A stretch of DNA of 64,000 bases from an uncultured Verrucomicrobiae bacterium (GCA_963742315.1 CAVULE010000003.1:661540-725539), one strand, 5' to 3'. Counted from the first letter of the stretch, positions 29,145 to 40,014 are shown. Program-made: numbers and translations. The notes: generated from the sequence alone by a model not told the origin.

Positions 29145-30027
29145 ATGCCCATTGCAGGTCGAACGGCTCGAGCGCTGTCCGTCGTGGCCGCGCTAGGTCT
29201 CGCCGCGATTACTTCCGCGCAAGCCCATCTCGTCGACGATTTCGGTGTTCGCACAGGCGCGCCGGCCCACATTTCTCTTTCCACCGGTTTTAATGGATTC
29301 GCCGGCGCCGGAATTAAAAAAATTCAGGTCGATGGCCTGCAAATGGACGCCTTCTGTATCGATCCGTTCACCATGGCCCTTCGTTCCTCCCCTGGCTATA
29401 AATTTGTCCCACTGACTAAGGCGCCAGAAGCCCCATTTACGTTGAGTGCGAGCGAGGCGATCGAAATCAGCGATCTGTGGGCAATGTTCTACAACCCTGG
29501 GATGAAGGAAAACAAGGCGGCCGGACTGCAACTCGCCATCTGGGAAATCGTAGGCGGTGACGACTTTTCCGTTATTGGAAAGGACTACGGCGCGAGCCTC
29601 ATGTTGGCCGCTTTGCGGAGCTATTCCGGACCCGGCGCCGGGTTAATTGCTCTCACGGGCCCGGGGCAGGATTATGTCGTTCTAAGACCTCCCGGCCAGG
29701 TGGATGAAAGTACCTCCCACCCCCACTCCCCATTCTGCTACTACTCCCACCCCCACCCCCAGTGCCCATTCCACTCCCGCTCCCACCTCCACTCCCGCTC
29801 CCACTTCCACTCCTACTCCCACTTCCACTCCTACTCCCACTTCCACACCGTGCCCGACTCGCCCCCCAGGCCCGACCCCTCCCCCAGGCCCGACCCCTCC
29901 CCCACACAATGTTCCAGATGGCGGTTCGACATTCTCTCTGTTCGCTTTCGCGATCATGGCCTTCCTGGCGATTAACAAGATTGGATATTTGGTTCCAGCG
30001 TTCACAAGTGTGCAGAGGAGGCGATAA
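29145..30027 (+). CDS. PEP-CTERM protein, apparently split by a +1 frameshift near 29690-29710
   Basis: Frame a (29145..29975): signal peptide plus a ~180-aa domain (…AAGLQLAIWEIVGGDDF…). Frame b (29704..30027): Thr/Pro-rich linker (TPTPTSTPAPTSTP…PPGPTPPP) ending in VPDGGSTFSLFAFAIMAFLA...RRR, a PEP-CTERM anchor. Frame b has an upstream stop at 29683. Confidence 0.45.
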
Positions 30028-30228
30028 GAATTTGCGTTTGTTTGCTTGTCCTCCGAGGACGCGAGCGGGATAGGAGAGTGCCTATCCCGCTCGTTTAGGT
30101 TTCAGGCGCTTGCGTGAGACCGCACAAGGCCGGCCTTCCTCTGGGTGACTTGCTCGCCGTCCGACGATCCGATTGGCGGAAAAGGGGTTAATTCGCGGCA
30201 GTCGCCGATCTGGCCAGGATCGGTAGAC

Positions 30229-30759
30229 TCAAAAGCTCAGCAAGGCGTATCCGTTGTTCTGATAATGGATCAGAACCAGCAACGCGTCCGCCGCCACCGT
30301 GACTTCGGGCACGAGGGTTTTCGGCTCAATCTTTTCAGCTGCCAGATACTGGCCGCAGACAAAAAACTCCACCCCTCGTCTCTTCATCTCCGCGATTGCT
30401 TTTAGATTCGGATTACTCGTGCCGAACTTCGCGTTGTAGTGAGCCTCGTCCAAAATTCCATCAACTGCCGGGCCGTGAAATACGACGGCGAACCTGGCAT
30501 TCGTCATCGGGACATTCGCAGCCGCGAGCGCGTTTAACTCGGAGCCGGCCATATTTAACGCCGGCAATAACTCGGTCGGCTTGTCAGCCGGGCGGGTAGC
30601 ATCAAAAATCGCGCGATACTTGCTGGTTTTGGCCGGTGCCAGAGCCGCATTTGGGATTTCCACGTAACCGTCCGCCCCAGATACCGCCGGTGCTTTGGGC
30701 AGTGGCCATTGCGCCGCCGCGAGCGTAATCGTCGAAATCAGAATGATGCATGTCTTCAT
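30229..30759 (-). CDS. secreted DsrE/DsrF-like family protein
   Basis: Signal peptide. AVVFHGPAVDG...FFVCGQYL...LLVLIHYQNNGYALLSF resembles the DsrE/YchN fold. Weak call. Confidence 0.35.
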   Translation of the reverse strand: MKTCIILISTITLAAAQWPLPKAPAVSGADGYVEIPNAALAPAKTSKYRAIFDATRPADKPTELLPALNMAGSELNALAAANVPMTNARFAVVFHGPAVDGILDEAHYNAKFGTSNPNLKAIAEMKRRGVEFFVCGQYLAAEKIEPKTLVPEVTVAADALLVLIHYQNNGYALLSF

Positions 30760-30895
30760 AATGGGTTAATTCCTAACGGGATTAAAGCATCTCATAAACT
30801 AGCCAGATACTGCACGCACAAATGCTTCGGGCTCCTCCGGCGTGACCAACCAGCGACGCCCATTCTTGCGCTCGATCCAACTAAATTGGTCCGTC

Positions 30896-33106
30896 CTAGC
30901 CAGAATTATCTCGCTTGCCAGCCGTCGCGGTGGACGCCGTCTCTTGCTTGGCCTGACCTCGATCCGATTGTCCTCCGTTGCCGGTGAACTTCTGGATGAA
31001 GTCCTCCAATGGCCTGGAAGTAGAAGCATCGCCACTGATGTTGATCCCTGCTTTCTCGCTCAGAATCAAACTCAGCAATGTTTCAAGGACATTGCCGCCA
31101 CCTGGCTGACCTTCGCCATCTTTGCCGCCCGCATTGTTAATAAACAGTCGATTGGGCACTAATGGCTGCACACTGTGCGAGAACTGTTCCGCGAATACGT
31201 TCAACGCGTATAGCCGCGGATCGCGATACGCCCCGACCTTCTGCAAGGTAACAGCGGCTTCGGCCAGGCCTACTTGCGCAATGCGCGATGATTCGCCTTT
31301 GCCGATGAGTTCCTTCGAGCGCGCCTCTCCCTCGGCCAACGCCACTTGCTTCTTCGCCAGCTGTTCCGCCTCGGCAAATTGTGCCTGACCGCGATTGGCC
31401 GCGATTTCCACTGCAATCGCGCTCGAAGTCAGCTCCGTCTGCCGCTCGGCTTTGGCGCGGGCCTGGTTCAATTGTACCTGCTGCTGCGCAGCTGACTCTT
31501 GTTTGGCAAAGGTCGCACGCTGTTCGTCCGCCAGCCTTCTGGCGCGCAATTGATCGAACAAGGTATCGATCGGATCAGCCTTGCCGGCTGCAATCTCTTT
31601 CGATTCCGGTCGCCCAATCAACACCGCGACCACATTAATATCGTAGCTCTTAAACCGTTGCCCGAGCTGCTCCGTTGCCTGCTTTTGGATCTCTTCACGC
31701 TTTGTTAGCAAATCGAGCATATGCGAACTCTGCGCCACATCGCGAAAGTAAGCTGTAAGTATCGGATCAAGTGTTTGAGTAATTAACCGCTTCACATCGC
31801 CGAAACGTTGAACTACCGATGGCGCCTTTTGATAATCGATATGCAGGACAAGCGAGAGCGGCAAGCGCGGCTCGTAGCCATCCGCGGTAATCAGGTCAAT
31901 ACTCGTTAGGCTTTCATCATAACGATGCGCTTCCGTCTGCCCACTTATCCAGCGCAGGACGAAGTTAATCGTTGGCACCAGCTCCACTTTCACGGCATAC
32001 GGATTCAGGGCGTACTTGCCCGGAGCCAGCGCCGAACGCCACACCCCACGCTTTCCCGGTTCAACTTGTTCGCCATAACGGAACGTGTCACCGGTACAAT
32101 CGCTGCCCGCGCCCCCGTAGTACGAAACAACCACACCGACGTAGCCGATCGGAATCAGCGTTTTGGCTTTGATCTCAACTGCCCCAAACCAGCGATTAAT
32201 GAAAAACGTGCCATCGGTTAGCACCTGTAGCTGTTTGCCGCGACGCCCCCCCAACGCGAGGAAAGCCTCGGGATCTTGAAAGTAGTTATGATCCTTTGCA
32301 CCCTCCGTCGCTTTAACTTCTGGCGCGATGATCTCCCCTGACTCTATCGTCGGCCCATCCTGTATGCTAACTACTCCGATAGTATCGATCTCTGGATCGA
32401 AATCAGTAACTGCGACCGCTTGCGGATGTTTCGATCCCGCTTCACTCGCGCTACTATCGACCACGCTGGCACGAACACGGCTCTGACCGCCCGCCGCCGA
32501 TCCGATTACTACCGGATCATAAGCGCGAATGGATGCCAACTGCGCTTTCCAGGATTCGTAACGGTCCGATGATTCACGCACTGGTCCGGAGAAAACGCGC
32601 TCGTCGCTAATTACGACGAAGAGCGCAAGGTTAATGGCGTAGACGCCTTCGCGCAGGATACCGCGTTGGCGGCCGCGTTGACCGCCCGATTCCAGAAATT
32701 CAATCGCGTCCTGAAAATGATTACACGCGACATTGCGGCCGAGCGTTTGCGTGGGCTCCAACGGAACGCCGTCGCGCGCGTAAACATAAGCCATCTTCCC
32801 TTCGCCGACGACGACTAGTGGTTCCTTATGAATGCGGTATTGCCATGGGTACAATCCAAAGTGAATGCCGCCACGCAAAAACCGCGCCTGGAAACCGGCT
32901 TCGCCATTGCGCGCGATGATCTGGCCCTCTTTAAGCGAGCCTTTGCCGCTCCAGATTTTTTCAATCACTCCGACGTGCGTGTGCGGGATATAAACGATCC
33001 CAAGCAATCGCGGCAGACAAAACAGCAGAACGACCAGCGCGATTGTCCAGGCGGTCGCGTACCAGGACGGGTTTGTGAAGTCAGCAAGGAGTAGCAGGAG
33101 GTTCAT
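30896..33106 (-). CDS. flotillin-family (SPFH/band 7) membrane protein, long form
   Basis: N-terminal TM. C-terminal SPFH plus the flotillin coiled-coil Ala/Glu/Gln repeat region (…AAQQQVQLNQARAKAERQTE…AEAEQLAKKQVALAEGEARSKELIGKGES…). 736 aa, longer than typical FloT/YqiK. Confidence 0.7.
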   Translation of the reverse strand: MNLLLLLADFTNPSWYATAWTIALVVLLFCLPRLLGIVYIPHTHVGVIEKIWSGKGSLKEGQIIARNGEAGFQARFLRGGIHFGLYPWQYRIHKEPLVVVGEGKMAYVYARDGVPLEPTQTLGRNVACNHFQDAIEFLESGGQRGRQRGILREGVYAINLALFVVISDERVFSGPVRESSDRYESWKAQLASIRAYDPVVIGSAAGGQSRVRASVVDSSASEAGSKHPQAVAVTDFDPEIDTIGVVSIQDGPTIESGEIIAPEVKATEGAKDHNYFQDPEAFLALGGRRGKQLQVLTDGTFFINRWFGAVEIKAKTLIPIGYVGVVVSYYGGAGSDCTGDTFRYGEQVEPGKRGVWRSALAPGKYALNPYAVKVELVPTINFVLRWISGQTEAHRYDESLTSIDLITADGYEPRLPLSLVLHIDYQKAPSVVQRFGDVKRLITQTLDPILTAYFRDVAQSSHMLDLLTKREEIQKQATEQLGQRFKSYDINVVAVLIGRPESKEIAAGKADPIDTLFDQLRARRLADEQRATFAKQESAAQQQVQLNQARAKAERQTELTSSAIAVEIAANRGQAQFAEAEQLAKKQVALAEGEARSKELIGKGESSRIAQVGLAEAAVTLQKVGAYRDPRLYALNVFAEQFSHSVQPLVPNRLFINNAGGKDGEGQPGGGNVLETLLSLILSEKAGINISGDASTSRPLEDFIQKFTGNGGQSDRGQAKQETASTATAGKRDNSG

Positions 33107-33444
33107 AGCGTTGTTCTTAGCGGAGGTTGTTAGTTCACCCGAGCTTTTCTCTTTCTAAACGCTTAGACAGAGCGCGCCCGACAGCGTTGATCACCGCGTT
33201 GGTGTGAGAAATGCGTACCCCGCGCAGGCCGCAGCACCTCCCGCGCCGAAAAATGCATTCCCAATCTACTCCGGCGAGCACACGCGCCTCCCGTCTTGTT
33301 TTTGGCGTCTCGCCAAAACGAACTTTCCATGCTCCTTGCTCCACTTTTCGATTACAAGTATGAGTAAGAGCACGACAGGGTCGATAGGAATTCGCGAGTT
33401 GCTACCGGGCTAATCCTGCCTAATGTCCCCCGCTTTCACCGGCT

Positions 33445-35526
33445 ATGACACTTCCTCTTGCCTTCGATATCCTTCAGTCCGGCGTGCGTTTATCGCTCAT
33501 CTGCGCGGTAGTCGGGCTCGGCTGCGCCTTCATCCTCATCGCCGTCATTTTGCGGTCCTCCCCCGGTAACGAACGGATGCGGCAGATTTCCGGGGCGGTG
33601 CAGGAAGGGGCCAAGGCTTATCTGAACCGGCAGGTGATGACGATCAGCGTGATCGCCGTGATCATTTTCTTTTTGCTTTTTTTCTTTAAGGACCATGCCA
33701 CCGCATTTGGCTTTTTACTTGGGGCGTTTTGCTCGCTGGCGGCGGGTTATATCGGGATGCGCATCGCAGTGCTGGCCAATGCGCGTGTGACCCAGGCAGC
33801 GGCCAGCCAGACCCGCACCGCTGCGCTTCGAGTGGCATTTAATGGCGGCGCCGTTACCGGCTTGCTCGTGGTCGGTCTGGCGTTACTGGCGGTAGGGACG
33901 TTTTATCATTTCGCGCGCAACATGGTCGGGAACGATCTGGCGGTGCGCAGCCTGGTCGGGCTGGCGCTGGGCGCGAGTTTGATCAGCGTGTTCGCGCGGT
34001 TGGGAGGCGGCATTTACACCAAAGCGGCCGACGTCGGTGCCGATCTTGTCGGAAAAATCGAGAGCGGGCTGGAGGAAGATGATCCGCGAAATCCCGCCAC
34101 CATCGCGGATAACGTGGGCGATAACGTGGGCGATTGCGCGGGAATGGCCGCCGACGTTTTCGAAACCTACGCCGTCAGTTTGATCGGCGCGATTTTAGTA
34201 GGCGTGCTGACAGTCTCGAACGCGCCGGCAGCAATCGTTTATCCATTCGTTCTCGGCGGAATTTCGGTGCTCGGCGCAATCTGTGGCATCCTCTTCGTCA
34301 ACTTCGGCGGCGGTAAACCGGCCGGCGTGCTTATGGGCGCGGTCGGAATGAGCGCCCTGGTCTCGGCGATACTGTTCTGGCCAGCCACGCATCAGCTTTT
34401 CCCAAATGGGGTGGAAATCACCGGAAAGCTGCGTTCCCCGACCGATCTCTATTTTGCCTCGCTCATCGGACTCTTAATGACCGGCATCGTGGTCGTGATC
34501 ACGAATTACTATACCTCGATGCATTATAAGCCCGTGCAAAAAATTGCGCGCGCGTCCGAAACCGGACACGCCACCAACATCATCGCCGGACTCGCCCTCG
34601 GCCAGCACGCTACCGCGCTGCCGGTCGGCTTCATCGGGATCGCGATTTTACTGAGCTATAACTTCGCCGGCCTCTACGGGATTGCCGTGGCGGTGATGGC
34701 GATGCTGTCGATGGCGGGAATTATTATTTCACTCGACGCCTTTGGCCCGATCACCGACAACGCAGGCGGGATCGCGGTCATGAGCAATCTGCCGAAAGAA
34801 GTGAGGCAGGTGACCGACGAACTGGATGCCGTCGGCAACACCATGAAAGCGGTGACGAAAGGTTACGCGATTGCGTCGGCCGGTTTGGCAGCGCTGGTTC
34901 TTTTCGGCTCATACGTTGAAGAACTCAAGGCCCACATCACGAGCAATGGTCAGGCGTTTGATTTCCAATTCTCGTTAACCGAACCGAAAGTCATCATCGG
35001 GTTGTTCATTGGCGGACTGCTTCCATTTATCTTCACCGCCTTCAGCATGGACGCGGTCGGTAAGGCGGCTGGCGCTGTTGTTCGAGAAGTGCGGCGACAA
35101 ATTCAAGCCAAGCCAGGCATCTTGACCGGAGCAGATACGCCGGACTATGGCACCTGCGTGGACATCGTGACGAAAGCAGCGTTACGCGAGATGATCGTTC
35201 CGGCGCTGTTGCCACTAGTGTTCGTCATTCTGGTGGCGGTGATTCCACAACTTGGCCCGGTCGTTCTGGGCGGAGTTTTGGTGGGAACAATTGTGACCGG
35301 TTTGTTCGTGGCCATCGCCATGACAAGCAGCGGTGGCGCCTGGGATAACGCCAAAAAATATATCGAGGAAGGACATTACGGCGGCAAAGGCTCGCCCGCG
35401 CACGCCGCGGCGGTCACCGGCGACACCGTGGGCGATCCCTACAAGGACACCGCCGGTCCCGCGATCAATCCCATGATCAAAGTGGTGAACATTGTCGCTA
35501 TCTTAATCATCCCAATTTTCTTTTAA
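33445..35526 (+). CDS. hppA: membrane-bound proton/sodium-translocating pyrophosphatase
   Basis: [40 protein letters not shown], and ~16 TM helices. Confidence 0.9.
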   Translation: MTLPLAFDILQSGVRLSLICAVVGLGCAFILIAVILRSSPGNERMRQISGAVQEGAKAYLNRQVMTISVIAVIIFFLLFFFKDHATAFGFLLGAFCSLAAGYIGMRIAVLANARVTQAAASQTRTAALRVAFNGGAVTGLLVVGLALLAVGTFYHFARNMVGNDLAVRSLVGLALGASLISVFARLGGGIYTKAADVGADLVGKIESGLEEDDPRNPATIADNVGDNVGDCAGMAADVFETYAVSLIGAILVGVLTVSNAPAAIVYPFVLGGISVLGAICGILFVNFGGGKPAGVLMGAVGMSALVSAILFWPATHQLFPNGVEITGKLRSPTDLYFASLIGLLMTGIVVVITNYYTSMHYKPVQKIARASETGHATNIIAGLALGQHATALPVGFIGIAILLSYNFAGLYGIAVAVMAMLSMAGIIISLDAFGPITDNAGGIAVMSNLPKEVRQVTDELDAVGNTMKAVTKGYAIASAGLAALVLFGSYVEELKAHITSNGQAFDFQFSLTEPKVIIGLFIGGLLPFIFTAFSMDAVGKAAGAVVREVRRQIQAKPGILTGADTPDYGTCVDIVTKAALREMIVPALLPLVFVILVAVIPQLGPVVLGGVLVGTIVTGLFVAIAMTSSGGAWDNAKKYIEEGHYGGKGSPAHAAAVTGDTVGDPYKDTAGPAINPMIKVVNIVAILIIPIFF

Positions 35527-35584
35527 TCGCGGACTTTTGTTCTGTTGAGGCGGGCGTGTCGCCCGCAGGATCTCGAAACAGATT

Positions 35585-35612
35585 GGCGTCTGGCACAGAC
35601 GCCCTACAATTG
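35585..35612. repeat. family C palindromic repeat, partial copy (…GACGCCCTACAATTG)
   Basis: Shares the GCCCTACAA terminus with 35676..35742, 46271..46340 and 49267..49337. Adjacent hairpin GGCGTCTGGCACAGACGCC. Confidence 0.45.
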
Positions 35613-35675
35613 CAGCCGTCTCACCTGGGTTGAATCTTCCGCGGCCGACACGGCCGCCGCTACAGGGACGGGTCC

Positions 35676-35742
35676 TGATTTGTAGGGCAGGCATTCCTGC
35701 CTGCCGGCTGGCAAGCGGGAGCGCTTGCCCTACAGCACGATT
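35676..35742. repeat. family C palindromic repeat element copy (TTGTAGGGC…GGCAAGCGGGAGCGCTTGCCCTACAG)
   Basis: Inverted termini TTGTAGGGC/GCCCTACA. The internal GGCAAGCG…CGCTTGCC stem is shared with the copy at 46271..46340. Confidence 0.65.
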
Positions 35743-35807
35743 TCGTCCGCCTGTCGCGATCCACGATTTTCTTTGCATCCCCGACAGAGCAGTTAAGCTG
35801 ACCAACA

Positions 35808-36206
35808 ATGGCAGACGAATCCCGCGATTTCGAAATCGTTTCGACGACACACGGGCCGGCGTTGCAAAAAATGCTGGCCAAGCCGGACGCGGGCGCGAAC
35901 CCATTCAAGATCGTGATCGATCCGAAAGTGCGGATGGATCTGCGGCGGGCATTGATCGATCTGATCGATTATCACGATGAAGCGCTGGCGGAACATTTCG
36001 CCGAAGGCAAACTGACCCTCGATTCTTACAAGGAATACATCGAGCTGTTTGCCCGCAGTTTGAAAGAAACAATGGAAAGCCGGGAAGGCGTTTCCTATTT
36101 GCTGCGGTCAGTCGGGTTCGATGTCCGGCCGGATGAAATCAATCTCAATCCGGAATTACGCTGGAAGAAGGGGAAGCCGGGCGCGTTTGGATCGAGTTTG
36201 CTGTAG
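35808..36206 (+). CDS. hypothetical protein
   Basis: 132-aa ORF with ordinary codon usage and no recognised motifs. Confidence 0.35.
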   Translation: MADESRDFEIVSTTHGPALQKMLAKPDAGANPFKIVIDPKVRMDLRRALIDLIDYHDEALAEHFAEGKLTLDSYKEYIELFARSLKETMESREGVSYLLRSVGFDVRPDEINLNPELRWKKGKPGAFGSSLL

Positions 36207-36672
36207 CGGACAGGACCAAGGAACGGCCTCTTAGAGAGTCGCCGACTGAAAATAAACCGCGGTCTGGAAACCGCCGCCCCGGCGTGCCGGCAGCCTGTGA
36301 TCCTTCCATTATTTGCTTCAATCAAGGCGCGTTCTTCGGAAGAGAGCTTATCCACGAGAATGGTTGCGATGATATCGCGCGCGGCGTCTTCTCGGAACGA
36401 TTACCGAAATCGGAACCGCCAATATTGGGCGGGCAATATTCTCGCTTTGCGCCAGGGTTAATCTGCGAGCGGCGTAGCTGAGGCTAAGCACAGGAACAAT
36501 CCAGCCGTAGGAATAATTTGGATTTCCGCGCCAGAATTCCACGCAACTCCAGATCGCCCAGATCCATACCGCGGCTAACAACGCCGAATAACCGCGATGC
36601 GGTTTAGAAATCACCGCTAAGAGTGAACCATGAATTGAACCGTGCGAAAACTCTTGGTCGCTCAATATTTGC

Positions 36673-37620
36673 GTGTCACAATCAATGCAATCTTCGATGA
36701 GCAAGGTGAACGCCTCCAAGACCAGAGTAATTTTTTGGGGCGTTCGCGGTTCAATTCCGACGCCCGGCCCGGGCACGGTCCGATACGGCGGCAACACCAG
36801 TTGTGTTGAAGTGCGTGCCGATGGCGAAATCATCGTCCTCGACGCCGGCTCCGGAATTCGACTTCTCGGCCAGTCGCTGCAGCGTGAGTTCGGTTCTGAT
36901 CCGATCCGACTGGCGATCCTTATTTCGCACACCCACTGGGACCACATCCAGGGACTCCCCTTTTTCCTGCCGGCTTATAGCGGGAAAAATCAGCTCAAGG
37001 TTTTCGGTTATGATGGGACTCGGACGCGCCTGGGTGAAATCCTCGCCGGCCAGATGGAGACACCGTTTTTTCCGGTCACCATGGCCGAGCTGCCGGGTAA
37101 AATTGAAATCGAGGAGCTCAAGGATATGGATTTTCGGATCGGACGGCTTCGGATCCGCTCGAAATTCTTAAATCATCCAGGGGTTTGCGCTGGTTATCGC
37201 ATTTCCACATCCGCGGGCTCGGTTGTTTACATGCCGGACAACGAACCTTTCGAGCAACTCGACGTGCAATTGCGGAATCGTGGTGTCGAAAATACCGCGC
37301 GCCAATTCAAATCACCTGCGGAAGAGCGCGCCGATCTGATCGAATTTCTGCGTGGAGCCGACCTGCTGATTGTCGATGCGCAGTATACCGATGAGGAATA
37401 TCAGCGGCACGTCGGCTGGGGACACGGCTCGGTCAGCAGCGTGGTCTCACTCGCGGCCGATGCCGACGTAAAGAGGCTCTTGTTGTTCCATCACGATCCC
37501 AATCACGATGACGAAATGGTGGACAAGATCGTGGACAAGGCCCGGATGCAGATGGCGCAGGTGGGAAAATCGATCGCAGTAGAGGCCGCGCATGAGGGCA
37601 GCGAAGTGATTTTGGGTTAG
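36673..37620 (+). CDS. MBL-fold metallo-hydrolase (RNase Z/PhnP-like)
   Basis: VIFWGVRGSIPTPG…ILISHTHWDHIQGLPFF (HxHxDH)…LLFHHDPNHDD. Confidence 0.75.
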   Translation: MSQSMQSSMSKVNASKTRVIFWGVRGSIPTPGPGTVRYGGNTSCVEVRADGEIIVLDAGSGIRLLGQSLQREFGSDPIRLAILISHTHWDHIQGLPFFLPAYSGKNQLKVFGYDGTRTRLGEILAGQMETPFFPVTMAELPGKIEIEELKDMDFRIGRLRIRSKFLNHPGVCAGYRISTSAGSVVYMPDNEPFEQLDVQLRNRGVENTARQFKSPAEERADLIEFLRGADLLIVDAQYTDEEYQRHVGWGHGSVSSVVSLAADADVKRLLLFHHDPNHDDEMVDKIVDKARMQMAQVGKSIAVEAAHEGSEVILG

Positions 37621-37662
37621 CGAAACAGACTTCCGTCGCCGCCTTGCACTTGGCTCCGCAGA

Positions 37663-37726
37663 GCGTCGCCTTACCGGCGAGGTGTTCCGCAAGGACGCAT
37701 TGGTAGGGCGAGACTCCGTCGAGCCG
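37663..37726. repeat. family B repeat copy with upstream inverted partner
   Basis: GCGTCGCCTTACCGGCGAGG … CATTGGTAGGGCGAGACTCCGTCGAGCCG, ~90 nt upstream of tRNA-Gln. Confidence 0.6.
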
Positions 37727-37815
37727 CGAGGCAAAGCCGGCGTTCCATGGCCAGACCGGGAAAAGACCGGCATGCTTGAAAGAGATGGACTTTAAGGGTT
37801 ACTTTGCGTTTCGAT

Positions 37816-37889
37816 TGCCTCGTGGTGTAATGGTAGCACCAGAGATTCTGGATCTCTTTGTCTAGGTTCGAATCCTAGCGAGGCAGCCA
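37816..37889 (+). tRNA. tRNA-Gln (anticodon CTG)
   Basis: Hand-folded cloverleaf: acceptor TGCCTCG/CGAGGCA, D-arm GTGT-AATGGTA-GCAC, anticodon arm AGAGA-TTCTGGA-TCTCT, T-arm CTAGG-TTCGAAT-CCTAG, discriminator G plus encoded CCA. 74 nt. Confidence 0.8.
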
Positions 37890-37955
37890 GTCATAATCAG
37901 CAGGCTTGTCGAGGGATTTCTCCGAAGTAGGATGGGGCTGGCGCGGGGCGGAAAA

Positions 37956-38699
37956 ATGCCACGCTCTACACTTATGACAGACGAACTTAATCAATTAAGA
38001 AGAGAGGTTGCGCGCCTTCGACGCGATCTTGATCATGTTTTGCGCGTGATTGGCCAGGAGGAGAAGCTGCCGCAGCAGCCGCGCCCGCCATTTTTGCTTC
38101 TCGACGCCGAAGTGATCTCCATTCGGCATAGCAGCGACAAGATGCCAATCTTGCTCAAAGCCGAGGAAGGTTATGCCTGTATTTACTTGAACGACAATGA
38201 AGGGCGGGCGCGCGGACTTTTTCAAGTGGACGAAGCGGGCAGCGCGCGTTTCGAGATCTGGAACAAGGACCAGGAGGTGGTGGTGTCTATCGGCGAGACG
38301 AAGGATGGCACCGGCGAAATTTTTGTGGCCTCCGCTGACGGAAAACCACGGGCTGGACTGAAGGCGCACGAGCTGGGCGGAATCGTGAGCGCGCAAAATT
38401 CCGCAGGGCAAACGAATGTGCTGATGCTGGGGAAAGACCAGGGCGGCACATTCGTGGTGGCTGATGGGCAGGGAAGGCCAGTAGCAGAAATCACAACGGT
38501 TGACGGCGATGGAGTCGTTTCGATCAAGGGGAAAGCGGGCTACCAGATGGCATATATGGGATGCGACGAGAATCGCGGTGTGATCGCGGTTCTCGGCAAA
38601 GAGGGAGAACAGGCGGCAGCGTTAACCAGCAACGAAAAAGGCGGGATGCTGGTGGTCTTCGACCCTAAAGGAGAACCCAGGGCAACTCTACCGAAGTAG
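37956..38699 (+). CDS. hypothetical protein with N-terminal coiled coil and internal Gly/Asp-rich beta repeats
   Basis: ELNQLRREVARLRRDLDHVLRV, followed by repeated units (…KDGTGEIFVASADGKPRAGL… / …DQGGTFVVADGQGRPVAEI… / …GDGVVSIKGKAGYQMAYMG…). Confidence 0.4.
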   Translation: MPRSTLMTDELNQLRREVARLRRDLDHVLRVIGQEEKLPQQPRPPFLLLDAEVISIRHSSDKMPILLKAEEGYACIYLNDNEGRARGLFQVDEAGSARFEIWNKDQEVVVSIGETKDGTGEIFVASADGKPRAGLKAHELGGIVSAQNSAGQTNVLMLGKDQGGTFVVADGQGRPVAEITTVDGDGVVSIKGKAGYQMAYMGCDENRGVIAVLGKEGEQAAALTSNEKGGMLVVFDPKGEPRATLPK

Positions 38700-38746
38700 C
38701 AGTTTTGCTGCGGGTCGTGAAAGATTCCGAGCGGGGCAATGCTGAT

Positions 38747-39193
38747 TCAGTGCCGGCCAGCCATGGTTGAAAACATTGACATGATGGGCCAGGCCGCGCA
38801 AAGGATGCCGATCAGACCGAAGACAATGGTTTCAGGAAGGAAATCATGGGTCGTCTGCGGATCAAAAACGCCGGCCGATAATTGACGCAAAGTTCGGAGC
38901 TCGGAGAGAACTTTATGATTCTGTGCTGTGGGCAACTTGCTTGGGCCTAGCGGTTGGCCGACCGGCCCTAAGTCTTGGTTGGTAATTGGGACAAGGCCAT
39001 GTTCGCGCAAGTCCGTGGCGCCGCTTGTGGGCGAAAAGTTGCGTTGAAAACTGGTGGGATTCGCTGGTTTCTTGACGTTGTGACTCAGGATCCCAGGCAT
39101 CAGGCCGGGGGAATCTTGGCGCGACTGGAACGAGCAGTCATTTAGCCAATCGGGATGCGATGGCGCAACGGGAGCAGCTGGTGGGGTTTTCAT
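38747..39193 (-). CDS. hypothetical protein with C-terminal TM segment
   Basis: Pro/Ser-rich with a C-terminal hydrophobic helix (IVFGLIGILCAAWPIM). No motif. Confidence 0.3.
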   Translation of the reverse strand: MKTPPAAPVAPSHPDWLNDCSFQSRQDSPGLMPGILSHNVKKPANPTSFQRNFSPTSGATDLREHGLVPITNQDLGPVGQPLGPSKLPTAQNHKVLSELRTLRQLSAGVFDPQTTHDFLPETIVFGLIGILCAAWPIMSMFSTMAGRH

Positions 39194-39394
39194 CCCTTCC
39201 TTTCACAGCCAATCTCATGCCGGAATGGCCTGGGTTTTGATCGCCACCGACGATTTTGTGCACTTGAAACGCGGCTTTGCCACGGTCGATGGCCACAGGC
39301 TCTCGAGAGGCGATCGACAGAGCTAAACCACCGCCGGCGAGCACGCTACATCGCTATCGACGGTGGGGATGACGCATGAAAGGCTAACTCTATT

Positions 39395-39865
39395 CTAATT
39401 GCTTGCCCGCTTGCCCCGGAAGAATTCCTGAAGCAGTTCACTGCACTCCTGCGCGAGCACGCCGCTGTTGACATCACAGCTATGATTTAGTTGCGGCATT
39501 TGTAGAAGGTTGATCACGCCACCTGCAGCGCCCCCGCGGACATCTTCGCAGCCGAAAACCACCCGCCGCAATCGCGCATGCACCGCCGCGCCGGCGCACA
39601 TCGGACACGGCTCTTTCGTCACAAACAAATCGCAATCATTCAGTCGCCAGTCGCCGAGCGCTGCTGCCGCTTGCGTTATCGCCAGAATCTCGGCGTGTGC
39701 AGTCGGGTCCTTCAGCATTTCAATTTGATTATATCCGCGGCCAAGGATGCGTCCGTTCTTCGCGACCACCGCGCCGATCGGCACTTCGTCACTGGCCGCG
39801 GCCTTGGCGGCGAGACGTAAGGCCTCGCGCATGAGCGCCTGATCGTCGCGAAAGAGCAGGTCCAT
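39395..39865 (-). CDS. tadA: tRNA-specific adenosine deaminase
   Basis: HAEILAI…(H-A-E) and TKEPCPMCAGA (PCxxC): CDA-fold zinc motifs of TadA. Confidence 0.85.
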   Translation of the reverse strand: MDLLFRDDQALMREALRLAAKAAASDEVPIGAVVAKNGRILGRGYNQIEMLKDPTAHAEILAITQAAAALGDWRLNDCDLFVTKEPCPMCAGAAVHARLRRVVFGCEDVRGGAAGGVINLLQMPQLNHSCDVNSGVLAQECSELLQEFFRGKRASN

Positions 39866-40014
39866 CGGCGGGAAGATACGGCGCGCACACGAAAAGTCAG
39901 CGCATTAGGGGTACTATGAAAAAGCTATTGATGTTGATTGGGTTGATCGCGCTGGCTGGAAGCACCGTGGGTCTTTTTCTTTACAAATCGAGCCGGATTT
40001 TGCAATCTAAACCG

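Noticed and set aside
35530-35807. GC hairpins after hppA (GCGGGCGTGTCGCCCGC at 35549-35567, GGCGTCTGGCACAGACGCC at 35585-35603) as possible terminators
   Set aside because: Neither is followed by a U-tract. The second is part of a family C repeat. They cannot be called intrinsic terminators from sequence alone.
36348-36947. 199-aa minus-strand ORF overlapping the start of the MBL-fold hydrolase gene
   Set aside because: The 5' two-thirds is antisense to a well-supported gene. Only the 3' ~110 aa (36348-36680) lies in otherwise gene-free DNA and has a hydrophobic segment, but it has no start codon context or motif. Left uncalled.
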